Shown: positions 8,029 through 15,757, numbered from the stretch's first letter. The stretch is 17,441 bases of DNA from an uncultured bacterium (GCA_964510165.1 CAZEBC010000073.1:1-17441), one strand, 5' to 3'. Program-made: numbers and translations. The notes: generated from the sequence alone by a model not told the origin.

Positions 8029-8358
8029 TCACCGCTCAATATCTGTGCCCTTTTCATCAAGCACCTGGGCCGCCCGCTCGCAGGCCCGCTCATAGCGCCT
8101 CATCAGGTTAAGCGCTTTGCGGGTGAGCAGGGTTCCGCCTCCCTTGGCGCCGCCGCGATTACTCACGATAAGAGGCGCGCCGAGCAGCCGCTCCATCTCC
8201 CTGATCTGCCCCCACGCGCGCCTGTAGGAAATGCCTGCCTCGGTCGCCGCCGCGTTGATGGACCCGCTCCTCCTGAGCGCCGACAGCAGCCGATACCGGC
8301 CCGGCCCGAAGAGCGGTTTTCCATCAACCTCGCTCCAGACCTTGAACCTGAGTTTCAT
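8029..8358 (-). CDS. ModE-family winged-helix transcriptional regulator lacking TOBE domains (about 109 aa; alternative start 8376)
   Basis: LRFKVW...FGPGRYRLL...GSINAAA...ISYRRAW...RGGAKGGGTLLT matches the ModE N-terminal DNA-binding domain. The protein ends before any molybdate-binding domain. GAGGGG precedes the ATG at 8358. Confidence 0.88.
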   Translation of the reverse strand: MKLRFKVWSEVDGKPLFGPGRYRLLSALRRSGSINAAATEAGISYRRAWGQIREMERLLGAPLIVSNRGGAKGGGTLLTRKALNLMRRYERACERAAQVLDEKGTDIER

Positions 8359-8382
8359 GGTGAGCCCCTCGTCCATTTGTGT

Positions 8383-8425
8383 CCCTCGCTCCAACCCTCT
8401 CCCTCGGAGAGAGGCAGGGTAAGAG
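8383..8425. repeat. Degenerate CCCTCACCC/CCCTCTCCC-type palindromic element
   Basis: ccctcgctcc-aa-ccctctccc-tcg-gagagagg-ca-gggtaagag aligns with 6833-6876. Confidence 0.7.
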
Positions 8426-8429
8426 CCAG

Positions 8430-8451
8430 CGTTATTCTAGTATGCATAACG
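8430..8451. promoter_or_regulatory. ModE-type operator palindrome
   Basis: CGTTAT-N10-ATAACG directly upstream of the ModE-like gene and overlapping its -10. Confidence 0.65.
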
Positions 8452-8462
8452 GAACTTGTCAA
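8434..8462 (-). promoter_or_regulatory. sigma70 promoter of the ModE-like/TSUP unit
   Basis: Minus strand TTGACA (8457-8462), 17 nt, TAGAAT (8434-8439). Confidence 0.8.
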
Positions 8463-8500
8463 ATGGAGGAGGAACGCACATTGTGGGGCGGTCAGTCGCG

Positions 8501-8530
8501 TTGACAGAGGCGCGCCGTTTATGGTATATT
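8501..8530 (+). promoter_or_regulatory. sigma70 promoter of the rib operon
   Basis: TTGACA (8501-8506), 18 nt, TATATT (8525-8530) with an extended TG, just upstream of the riboswitch. Confidence 0.75.
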
Positions 8531-8545
8531 CGTTTGTAGAACGAA

Positions 8546-8702
8546 CGGCTTCGGGACAGGGTGAAATTCCCGACCGGCGGTATGGCTCCGGGAGCATGGC
8601 TCCGAGGGGCCGAGCCCGCGAGCGTGTCGGCCCGGAAGGGACGGCGTGCAGACCTGGTGAGATGCCAGGGCCGACAGTCAAAGTCTGGATGGGAGAAGAC
8701 CG
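8546..8702 (+). ncRNA. FMN riboswitch (RFN element)
   Basis: Hallmark segments CTTCGGGACAGGGTGAAATTCCCGACCGGCGGT, AGCCCGCGA and AGACCTGGTGAGATGCCAGGGCCGACAGTCAAAGTCTGGATGGGAGAAG; located upstream of ribD. Confidence 0.97.
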
Positions 8703-8726
8703 GCAAAAGGTAGAGGTGTCTTGTGT

Positions 8727-8760
8727 CCCGGAATGCCCACGCGTTTCGGGCTCTTGTTTT
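8727..8760 (+). terminator. Possible terminator in the riboswitch expression platform
   Basis: CCCGGAAUGC-ccac-GCGUUUCGGG (10 bp, two G-U) followed by the imperfect U-tract CUCUUGUUUU. Confidence 0.5.
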
Positions 8761-8828
8761 GGCGTCTCTGCACACTATTCTTGTTTTCCCATCCAGGCCA
8801 TCCTATCGGCGACCGCACCCGCGATAAC

Positions 8829-8877
8829 GAACCCTGAACGTTGAACGCTAAACTCTGGACCCTGAACCCTAGACCTT
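8829..8877 (+). repeat. Degenerate heptamer tandem array (consensus RAACCCT), 7 units
   Basis: gaaccct gaacgtt gaacgct aaactct ggaccct gaaccct agacctt. Confidence 0.85.
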
Positions 8878-8881
8878 CTTG

Positions 8882-9988
8882 ATGACACATGAAGAGTACA
8901 TGGCGCGCGCGCTTGAGCTGGCGGAGAAAGGGCGCGGCTTTACGAGTCCGAACCCCATGGTTGGCGCCGTCGTTGTGAAGGACGGCCGCGTGGTCGCGGA
9001 GGGGTATCACCAACGCTTCGGTGAGGCCCACGCCGAGGTCAACGCGCTCAGGCAGGCGGGCGAGACCGCGCGCGGGGCGACCCTGTACGTGACGCTCGAG
9101 CCGTGCTGTCATTTCGGCAAGACACCGCCGTGCACGCGGGCCGTCATCGAAGCGGGCGTCACGAAGGTCGTTATGGCGATGGAGGACCCGCATCCGCTCG
9201 TGGCCGGCAAGGGCCGGGCTGAACTCGAGCGGGCGGGTATACTCGTCGAGTCGGGCCTCCTGGAGGGCCGCGCCCGGAGGCTCAATGAGTGGTTTTCCAA
9301 ATACGCGACGACCGGCATGCCCTTCTTCACCGCGAAGGCGGCGATGACACTCGACGGCAAAATCGCCACGCGAACCGGCCATTCTCGGTGGATCACCGGC
9401 GAGGCGGCGCGCGAGTACGTGCATTGGCTTCGCGGCGGCGTCGATGCGGTGATGGTCGGGAGCCGTACTGTCGAGGCCGATGATCCCATGCTTACCACGC
9501 GCCTTCGCAGGGGCGCTATCGAGAACGGCCGCGACGCCGTCAGGGTAATCGTTGACGGCGACGCTCGGTCTTCGCCCGACCGAAAGGTGTTCAGCCTGAA
9601 ATCGAGCGCGCCGACATTGGTCGCGGTAAAGACGACCGCGGCGGCAGAACGCAAGCGCGCGCTCCGGGACGCGGGCGCGGACGTGATCGAGATCGGACCT
9701 CGCGGCGACAAGGTGGACCTCGTTCAACTGGCGCAAATCCTTGGCAAGCGGAACATCGCCAGCGTGCTTATTGAAGGCGGCGGCGGCCTGCTGGCGGCGG
9801 CGCTCGAAGCGGGCATCATTGATAAAGTCTTGTTTTTCGTTGCCCCCAAGATCATCGGCGGAAAAGATGCGCCGACGCCCGTCGAGGGCCTCGGCGTCGA
9901 GCGAATGGACGAGGCATTGCGCTTGGAGAATGTCTCCACTCGCCAATTCGGAGACGACATCCTCATCGAGGGGTACATTAGGAGGTGA
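8882..9988 (+). CDS. ribD: Bifunctional diaminohydroxyphosphoribosylaminopyrimidine deaminase/reductase
   Basis: TSPNPMVGAV, zinc ligands HAE and VTLEPCCHFGKTPPC, reductase motifs TLDGKIAT, SRWIT, DDPMLT and LIEGGG. Confidence 0.97.
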   Translation: MTHEEYMARALELAEKGRGFTSPNPMVGAVVVKDGRVVAEGYHQRFGEAHAEVNALRQAGETARGATLYVTLEPCCHFGKTPPCTRAVIEAGVTKVVMAMEDPHPLVAGKGRAELERAGILVESGLLEGRARRLNEWFSKYATTGMPFFTAKAAMTLDGKIATRTGHSRWITGEAAREYVHWLRGGVDAVMVGSRTVEADDPMLTTRLRRGAIENGRDAVRVIVDGDARSSPDRKVFSLKSSAPTLVAVKTTAAAERKRALRDAGADVIEIGPRGDKVDLVQLAQILGKRNIASVLIEGGGGLLAAALEAGIIDKVLFFVAPKIIGGKDAPTPVEGLGVERMDEALRLENVSTRQFGDDILIEGYIRR

Positions 9989-10030
9989 TTTCCCTGCGAA
10001 TCCTAAGAATCCTCTCGTTTTCTCAGGAGA

Positions 10031-10143
10031 GTCATTGCGAGGAACCCCGCGAAACGCGGGATGACGAAGCAATCCCGATACGGCTCTGGGACAACTGCAC
10101 CGGGATTGCTTCGGTAGGAACTGCGTTCCTCCCTCGCAATGAC
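10031..10143. repeat. 113-bp palindromic GTCATTGCGAG...CTCGCAATGAC element, copy 2
   Basis: Same length, termini and stem layout as 1903-2015; lies between ribD and ribE. Confidence 0.9.
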
Positions 10144-10174
10144 GGGAGGTTCCGCAACGGAATCCAGAGGTAGC

Positions 10175-10807
10175 ATGTTTACGGGAATCATACAGGAGAT
10201 CGGAAAAGTCGAGCGGATACTGCCCGGCAAGGCCTACAAGCTGCGCATCGGCGCCCGCAAGGTTCTGAAAGACATCGAGATCGGCGATAGCGTCAGCGTT
10301 GACGGCGCCTGTCTTACGGTAGTCTCGTTCGATTCGGCCGGCTTCGAGGTCGATGCCATGCCCGAGACCATCGAGCGCACGACCCTGAAGTTCCTCAAGC
10401 TCGGCAGCCGCGTCAACCTCGAGCCCTCGCTCAGGCTCGGCGACAAGATGGGCGGACATTGGGTGGCGGGCCACGTTGACGGAACCGGCAAGATACTAGG
10501 CAAGACCGAGGTCGGCAACGCCGTCATACATGAGTTCTCGATCGCGCCCGACCTCGCCGAGCAACTCGTGCCGAAGGGGTCTATCGCCATCGACGGGATC
10601 AGTTTGACCGTCATCGAGTGTGGGCGCGACAGGTTCAAAGTCGGCATTATTCCGCACACACTGAGAAGCACAACGCTCGGCGACAAGGGACTGGGTGGTT
10701 ATGTGAACCTGGAAACCGACGTAATCGCCAAGTACATACATAAGTATCTGAGAGGCTCGGCCGGCGAGGTGACCGAGAAACTGCTGCGCGAGACCGGTTT
10801 CATGTGA
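10175..10807 (+). CDS. ribE: Riboflavin synthase (alpha chain); start revised to ATG at 10175
   Basis: Invariant N-terminus MFTGII, plus GDSVSVDGACLTV, GGHWVAGHVDG, KGSIAIDGISLT and VNLETD. GAGGT SD. Confidence 0.97.
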   Translation: MFTGIIQEIGKVERILPGKAYKLRIGARKVLKDIEIGDSVSVDGACLTVVSFDSAGFEVDAMPETIERTTLKFLKLGSRVNLEPSLRLGDKMGGHWVAGHVDGTGKILGKTEVGNAVIHEFSIAPDLAEQLVPKGSIAIDGISLTVIECGRDRFKVGIIPHTLRSTTLGDKGLGGYVNLETDVIAKYIHKYLRGSAGEVTEKLLRETGFM

Positions 10808-10830
10808 GGCTGGAAGCGAATGCTCGTATC

Positions 10831-10914
10831 AACCACCAAGGCACAAAGAGCACAAGGAACTCACCAAGCAAGAAGTCTTGGCGCCTCCTTGGTGTGCTTG
10901 GTGACTTGGTGGTT
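10831..10914. repeat. Palindromic element built from CACCAAG/CTTGGTG units
   Basis: Terminal inverted repeat AACCACCAAG/CTTGGTGGTT, with CAC(C/A)AAG-like units on the left and CTTGG(T/C)G units on the right. Confidence 0.8.
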
Positions 10915-10951
10915 AGAAACACTTGAGGACGCTTAAGTGAGGAGGAAGTAT

Positions 10952-12148
10952 ATGTTCAGTCCGATACCGGAAATAATCGATGACGTGCGGGCGGGCCGCA
11001 TGATCATCCTGGTTGACAACGAAGACCGCGAAAACGAAGGCGACCTGATGATCGCCGCAGAAAAGGTGACGCCGCAGGCCATCAACTTCATGGCCAAATA
11101 CGGGCGCGGGCTGATCTGCCTGGCGCTCACCGCTGAACGCTGCGACGAGCTCAAGCTGCCGCCGATGGTGACCCATAACACCTCGACTTTCGAGACCGCC
11201 TTCACCGTCTCCATCGAGGCCAAACGCAACGTGACGACCGGCATCTCCGCCGCCGACCGTGCAACCACGGTGCTCACGGCGGTCAATCCGGCCACCAAGC
11301 CCGAAGACCTCGCCCGGCCCGGCCACGTCTTTCCGCTTCGCGCGCGCACCGGCGGCGTGCTCGTGCGGACCGGCCAGACCGAGGGATCGGTCGACCTGGC
11401 GCGTCTCGCCGGGATGTATCCCGCGGGCGTCATTTGCGAGATCATGAAGGATGACGGCACGATGGCGCGCGTGCCCGACCTGGTGAAGTTCGCGCAGCAA
11501 CACGGCCTCAAGATGTGTTCCATCGAGGACCTGATCAAGTACCGTCGCATGACCGAGAAGCTGGTGAACCGGACGGTGACGACCAGGATACCTACTCCGT
11601 ATGGCGAGTTTATGCTGCATGTCTACGAGACTTCGGTGGACAACTGGCACCACCTCGCCTTCGTCAAGGGCGACGTCAAGGGGCGCAAGGGCGTGCTCGT
11701 GAGGGTGCATTCGGAGTGCCTCACCGGCGACGTGTTCGGCTCGAAACGATGCGACTGCGGCGATCAGCTCCACAAGGCGATGGAAATGATCCAGCAGGAT
11801 GGTATGGGCGTGCTGCTCTACATGAGGCAGGAGGGCCGCGGCATCGGCCTCCACAACAAGCTGCGCGCGTACGCGCTCCAGGACCAGGGACTCGACACCG
11901 TCGAGGCCAACGAGAAGCTGGGCTTCAAGCCCGACCTGCGCGATTACGGCATTGGCGCGCAGATACTGTCGGACCTCGGGCTAACCGAGATTCGGCTCAT
12001 GACCAACAACCCCCGCAAGATAGTCGGCCTCGAGGGATACAACCTCCGGATCGTCGAGCGTGTCCCGATCGAGATAAGACCGAATGAGGTAAACCAGGCG
12101 TATCTGACCGCCAAGAAGAACAAGCTGGGCCACATGCTGAACCTGTGA
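10952..12148 (+). CDS. ribBA: Bifunctional DHBP synthase / GTP cyclohydrolase II; start revised to ATG at 10952
   Basis: [27 protein letters not shown] and GVICEI (RibB part); [27 protein letters not shown] and LMTNNP (RibA part). GGAGGA SD before the ATG. Confidence 0.97.
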   Translation: MFSPIPEIIDDVRAGRMIILVDNEDRENEGDLMIAAEKVTPQAINFMAKYGRGLICLALTAERCDELKLPPMVTHNTSTFETAFTVSIEAKRNVTTGISAADRATTVLTAVNPATKPEDLARPGHVFPLRARTGGVLVRTGQTEGSVDLARLAGMYPAGVICEIMKDDGTMARVPDLVKFAQQHGLKMCSIEDLIKYRRMTEKLVNRTVTTRIPTPYGEFMLHVYETSVDNWHHLAFVKGDVKGRKGVLVRVHSECLTGDVFGSKRCDCGDQLHKAMEMIQQDGMGVLLYMRQEGRGIGLHNKLRAYALQDQGLDTVEANEKLGFKPDLRDYGIGAQILSDLGLTEIRLMTNNPRKIVGLEGYNLRIVERVPIEIRPNEVNQAYLTAKKNKLGHMLNL

Positions 12149-12182
12149 TGAAGGCGATTTCCCAAGCGAAAGGAGACCCGAC

Positions 12183-12647
12183 ATGCCAAAGGTATACGAA
12201 GGCCAACTGATTGCAAAGAGCAAAAAATTCGGTATCGTCGCCTCTCGGTTCAACGAATTCATTACCAACAAGCTGCTTGAGGGAGCGCTCGACGCGCTCA
12301 AGCGCCACGGCGCAAAGGACGAAGAGATCGAGGTCGCATGGGTGCCCGGCTCCTTCGAGATTCCCTACGCCGCTCAGCGCATGGCCGAAAGCAAGAAGTA
12401 CGACGCCGTCATCTGCGTCGGCGCGGTCATTAGAGGCTCAACGCCCCACTTCGAGTATATCGCGGCCGAAGTGACGAAGGGCATCGCGCAGACCGGCTTG
12501 AAGACCGGCGTGCCTGTAATTTACGGCGTCATCACGCCCGACACGCTCGAGCAAGCCATCGAGCGGGCGGGCACAAAAGCGGGCAACAAGGGGTTCCAGG
12601 CGGCGATGTCCGCAATTGAGATGGTGAACCTCTTCGAGAAACTTTAG
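12183..12647 (+). CDS. ribH: 6,7-dimethyl-8-ribityllumazine synthase
   Basis: [52 protein letters not shown]. Confidence 0.98.
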   Translation: MPKVYEGQLIAKSKKFGIVASRFNEFITNKLLEGALDALKRHGAKDEEIEVAWVPGSFEIPYAAQRMAESKKYDAVICVGAVIRGSTPHFEYIAAEVTKGIAQTGLKTGVPVIYGVITPDTLEQAIERAGTKAGNKGFQAAMSAIEMVNLFEKL

Positions 12648-12732
12648 GAGTCATCGAGAAATCGCATCTCGATTTCTAATATTGATTTGACAGCATTCCC
12701 CGTTGATAGCATCATTATGTGAAATGGAACAT

Positions 12733-12764
12733 GTAGGGCCGTCACGCCCCGGCGTGACGCGCCC
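12733..12764 (+). repeat. GTAG-type REP-like hairpin
   Basis: GTAGGGC-CGTCACGCC-cc-GGCGTGACG-c-GCCC. Confidence 0.55.
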
Positions 12765-12814
12765 GTTAAGATGTACACGGAATCAGTCAGTAATCATCTG
12801 GATTTGAGGAATCA

Positions 12815-13255
12815 ATGGGTTCAAGGCGCAAGGCGCGCGAAAAGGCGCTCAAGATATTGTTTCAGATAGACTTCAGCAATGCCGATATACGGCCCGTCCT
12901 GAATGAATTCTGGAAGGAACACCCAAGCGGGGAAAAGGTCCGCAAATTCACCGAGGCGCTCGTCAAGGGTGTTGTCGCCAATCGCGAGAGCATCGACAAG
13001 ATGATCTCGTCCACGCTCAAGAATTGGAGCATCGAACGGCTGAACGCGGTCGACCGCGCCATCCTCAGGTTCGCCGCGTTCGAACTCATGTATGTGCCCG
13101 ATATCCCTCCGAAAGTCACCATCAACGAAGCCGTCGAGATCGCCAAGGCTTACGGCACCGACGAATCGGGCGGCTTCATCAACGGCGTGCTCGACAATAT
13201 CCGCGAGAAGATCGGCAAATCGACCGAGGCGGGATTCGCCGAGAAACCGAGGTAA
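12815..13255 (+). CDS. nusB: Transcription antitermination factor NusB
   Basis: [44 protein letters not shown]; canonical position after ribH. Confidence 0.97.
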   Translation: MGSRRKAREKALKILFQIDFSNADIRPVLNEFWKEHPSGEKVRKFTEALVKGVVANRESIDKMISSTLKNWSIERLNAVDRAILRFAAFELMYVPDIPPKVTINEAVEIAKAYGTDESGGFINGVLDNIREKIGKSTEAGFAEKPR

Positions 13256-13263
13256 GAGAGTAA

Positions 13264-14097
13264 ATGGAACGCTACGTAGACCTTCACGTGCACACCCACT
13301 ACTCGGACGGCTCGTTCTCGCCCGAAGAGGTGGTGCGACGGGCCGGAGAGGTGGGCCTGTCGGCCATCGGCATTGCCGACCATGACGACGTGGGCGGCGT
13401 CAGCGAGGCCATTTGGATCGGCCACGCGCGCGGAATCGAGATCGTGCCGGCCGTCGAGATGACGGTCACCGTTGACGGCAAAGAGGTCCACATGCTCGGC
13501 TATCTCATCAACCACAGTCACAAAGCTCTCCGCGAAACGCTCGACTTCTTCCGCCGCGAGCGGTTCAAGCGGATGGAACGCATGATCGAGAAATTGAGAA
13601 AGTTGGGAGTGGACATCTACCTTGAGGCCGTGCGTCGTAACGGAGGACCCGGAACGCTCGGCCGGCTTCATCTCGCCCGCACCCTCTTCGAACTCGGCAA
13701 GGTCGCCTCAGTGCAGGAGGCGTTCGATCGCTACATCGGCAGGGGCAAGCCGGCGTTTGTCGAGAAGCCCGTCCTCCGCACCGATGAGGCATGCAGGCTC
13801 ATCAGCGACGCGGGCGGCGTGCCCGTGCTGGCGCACCCCAAACTTGCGCACGTGGATAATGAGATTGCGGAACTGGTCGCACAGGGCATTCGCGGCATCG
13901 AGGCCTTCTATCCGAAACACTCGCCCGAGGACACCGCCCGCTATCTCGCACTGGCCGAAAAACACAACCTCGTTGTGACCGGCGGCTCCGACTGCCACGG
14001 CGACATCAAGGACTTCATGCTCCTCGGCGCTATCAAACTCCCCTACCGTTACCTTGAGCGCCTCCGCGAATTCAGTACCCAACCGAGTACTTGGTGA
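13264..14097 (+). CDS. PHP-domain metal-dependent phosphoesterase (TrpH/YciV-like)
   Basis: DLHVHTHYSDG, ADHD, EVHMLGY, GRLHLAR, VLAHP, TGGSDCHG. Confidence 0.92.
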   Translation: MERYVDLHVHTHYSDGSFSPEEVVRRAGEVGLSAIGIADHDDVGGVSEAIWIGHARGIEIVPAVEMTVTVDGKEVHMLGYLINHSHKALRETLDFFRRERFKRMERMIEKLRKLGVDIYLEAVRRNGGPGTLGRLHLARTLFELGKVASVQEAFDRYIGRGKPAFVEKPVLRTDEACRLISDAGGVPVLAHPKLAHVDNEIAELVAQGIRGIEAFYPKHSPEDTARYLALAEKHNLVVTGGSDCHGDIKDFMLLGAIKLPYRYLERLREFSTQPSTW

Positions 14098-14127
14098 TTT
14101 CTTGATTTCCTTCGTGTCTTGATGGCT
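14090..14127. repeat. Right half of a CACCAAG/CTTGGTG-type element
   Basis: cttggtgattt-cttgatttc-cttcgtgt-cttgatggct has the same 11/9/8/10 unit spacing as 10877-10914. Confidence 0.6.
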
Positions 14128-15652
14128 AACCCGATTTCCCCACCAGCTTGCGCAGTTCCTTCTTTTGTATCTTGCCTATCGGCGTTTTCGGCATTGAGTC
14201 CAGGAACTCGATTCGCTTGGGGCACTTGTAGCGCGCGAGGTGCAACTGGCAGTGAGAGATCAGTTCCTCCGCAGTCGCCTGCGCGTTCGGGCGGAGCACC
14301 ACGTAGGCGACGACCTGCTCGCCCATCATCTCGTCCGGCGCGCCGATGACGGCCGCCTCGGCGACCGCCGGGTGCATGTGCAACGTTTCCTCCACGTCCT
14401 TCGGATAGATGTTGAATCCGCCCCGGATGATGAGGTCCTTCTTGCGCTCAACGATGAACAGGTAGCCCTCCTCGTCGAGGTAGCCCATATCGCCCGTATG
14501 CAGCCATCCGCCCTTGAGCGTCTCCTTGGTTTCCTCGGGCATCTTGAAGTAGCCCTTCATCACGTTGCCGCCCCGGCAGACGATCTCGCCGATTTGGCCG
14601 GGCGCGAGTTCCCGGTCGCTCTCATCAAAAATCTTAACTTCCACGCCGACGAGCGGCTTGCCCGTCGAGCCTGGCTTCCGCGGGAAATCGTCGCGCTCCG
14701 ACGCCACGCCCGGCGACGCCTCGGTAAGCCCATAGGCCACGTACATGATGCCGCCGAATTTCTCCTCGAATTGGCGGAGGGTTTCCTGCGCCATCGGCGC
14801 CGCCCCCACAAGCCAGTAGCGCATCGAGGAGATGTCGTACCTGTCGGCGTCGGGATAATGAAGCATGTAAATGTACATCGTGGGCACGCCGGCCATACTT
14901 GACACCTTATATTTCTCGATCAACTGGAACACGCTCTCGAGGTTGAACCACGGCAGCAGCACGGCCTTGTTCGTTTTGTCGCTCACGTATCCGCTCACCA
15001 GCAGCCCCAACCCGTAGGAATGAGCGAGCGGCAGGACGGCGAGCGACACGTCGCCACGGTCCTGATCCCCTGCGGTGTTCTTGATGTTCATCGCGTTCGC
15101 ATACAGGTTCCGGTGGCTCAGCATGACTCCCTTCGGCCTGCCCGTCGTGCCCGAGGTGTACAACAGCGCCGCCGTGTCCTCCGCGTCGGTCGGATGAATC
15201 GCATCCTCCGGCTTTGATTCCTCCACGAGCCGCTTGAATTGGATCGTGTCGGGATGCTCCTCGTCGCCGACGATGATGACGTGACGCAGCGAGGGAACCT
15301 TCTTGCGCACGGCATCCACCTTATACAGGAATTCGGGAGAGGTGATGATGGCGGAAGCCTCGCAATCGGCGGCGATATAGGCGACCTCGCTCGGCTCGAG
15401 CAGGAAGAGCACCGGCACGATCACGGCGCCGATCCGCCAGATGGCTGGGTATGACATCAGGACTTCCGGGCAATTCGGCATCAGCACCATCACGCGGTCG
15501 CCTGGCCGTATCCCAAGCCGCTTCAGCCCCGCCGCGAGCCGTCTGGAACCTTCGTGCATCTGTATGTTCGTGTATTCGTTGCCGTCGAATATCAGGCTGA
15601 CGTATTCTCCGAATTCTCCGATTTTCGCTTCCGCAAGCTCCGCCAGATTCAT
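14126..15652 (-). CDS. Long-chain fatty acid--CoA ligase / AMP-binding enzyme; start revised to ATG at 15652
   Basis: ANL motifs YTSGTTGRPKG, AYGLTE, GWLHTGD, RKKDLIIRGGFNIYP and PKTPIGKIQK. GGAGG lies 5 nt before MNLAELAE. Confidence 0.93.
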   Translation of the reverse strand: MNLAELAEAKIGEFGEYVSLIFDGNEYTNIQMHEGSRRLAAGLKRLGIRPGDRVMVLMPNCPEVLMSYPAIWRIGAVIVPVLFLLEPSEVAYIAADCEASAIITSPEFLYKVDAVRKKVPSLRHVIIVGDEEHPDTIQFKRLVEESKPEDAIHPTDAEDTAALLYTSGTTGRPKGVMLSHRNLYANAMNIKNTAGDQDRGDVSLAVLPLAHSYGLGLLVSGYVSDKTNKAVLLPWFNLESVFQLIEKYKVSSMAGVPTMYIYMLHYPDADRYDISSMRYWLVGAAPMAQETLRQFEEKFGGIMYVAYGLTEASPGVASERDDFPRKPGSTGKPLVGVEVKIFDESDRELAPGQIGEIVCRGGNVMKGYFKMPEETKETLKGGWLHTGDMGYLDEEGYLFIVERKKDLIIRGGFNIYPKDVEETLHMHPAVAEAAVIGAPDEMMGEQVVAYVVLRPNAQATAEELISHCQLHLARYKCPKRIEFLDSMPKTPIGKIQKKELRKLVGKSG

Positions 15653-15712
15653 CTTCTCCTCCATCCGCTCTCCAAGACAGTCCTTGTAAGTTGCAAAGAA
15701 CGAATCAATGCC

Positions 15713-15735
15713 GTAGGGGCGCACGACGTGTGCCC
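15713..15735 (+). repeat. GTAG-type REP-like hairpin
   Basis: GTAG-GGGCGCAC-gac-GTGTGCCC. Confidence 0.65.
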
Positions 15736-15757
15736 GCGCAAACCGAAACCTGAAACC

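Noticed and set aside
1903..10143. Repeats as a CRISPR array, integron attC sites or tRNA
   Set aside because: Copies are dispersed with no repeat-spacer periodicity, there is no cas or integrase gene, no attC GTTRRRY/RYYYAAC ends, and the 3-nt loops do not fit a tRNA cloverleaf.
8678..10474. 598-aa minus-strand ORF and other long antisense or alternate-frame ORFs (e.g. 7630..8844, 10913..11854, 16256..17155, 2465..3187)
   Set aside because: They are shadows of well-supported genes in GC-rich DNA, show no recognisable motifs, and some run through the riboswitch and repeats.
12653..12718. Weak hairpin (12653-12673) and TTGACA (12687-12692) between ribH and nusB as a terminator and internal promoter
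   Set aside because: The U-tract is poor and there is no convincing -10 at 16-18 nt spacing; possible but not supportable.
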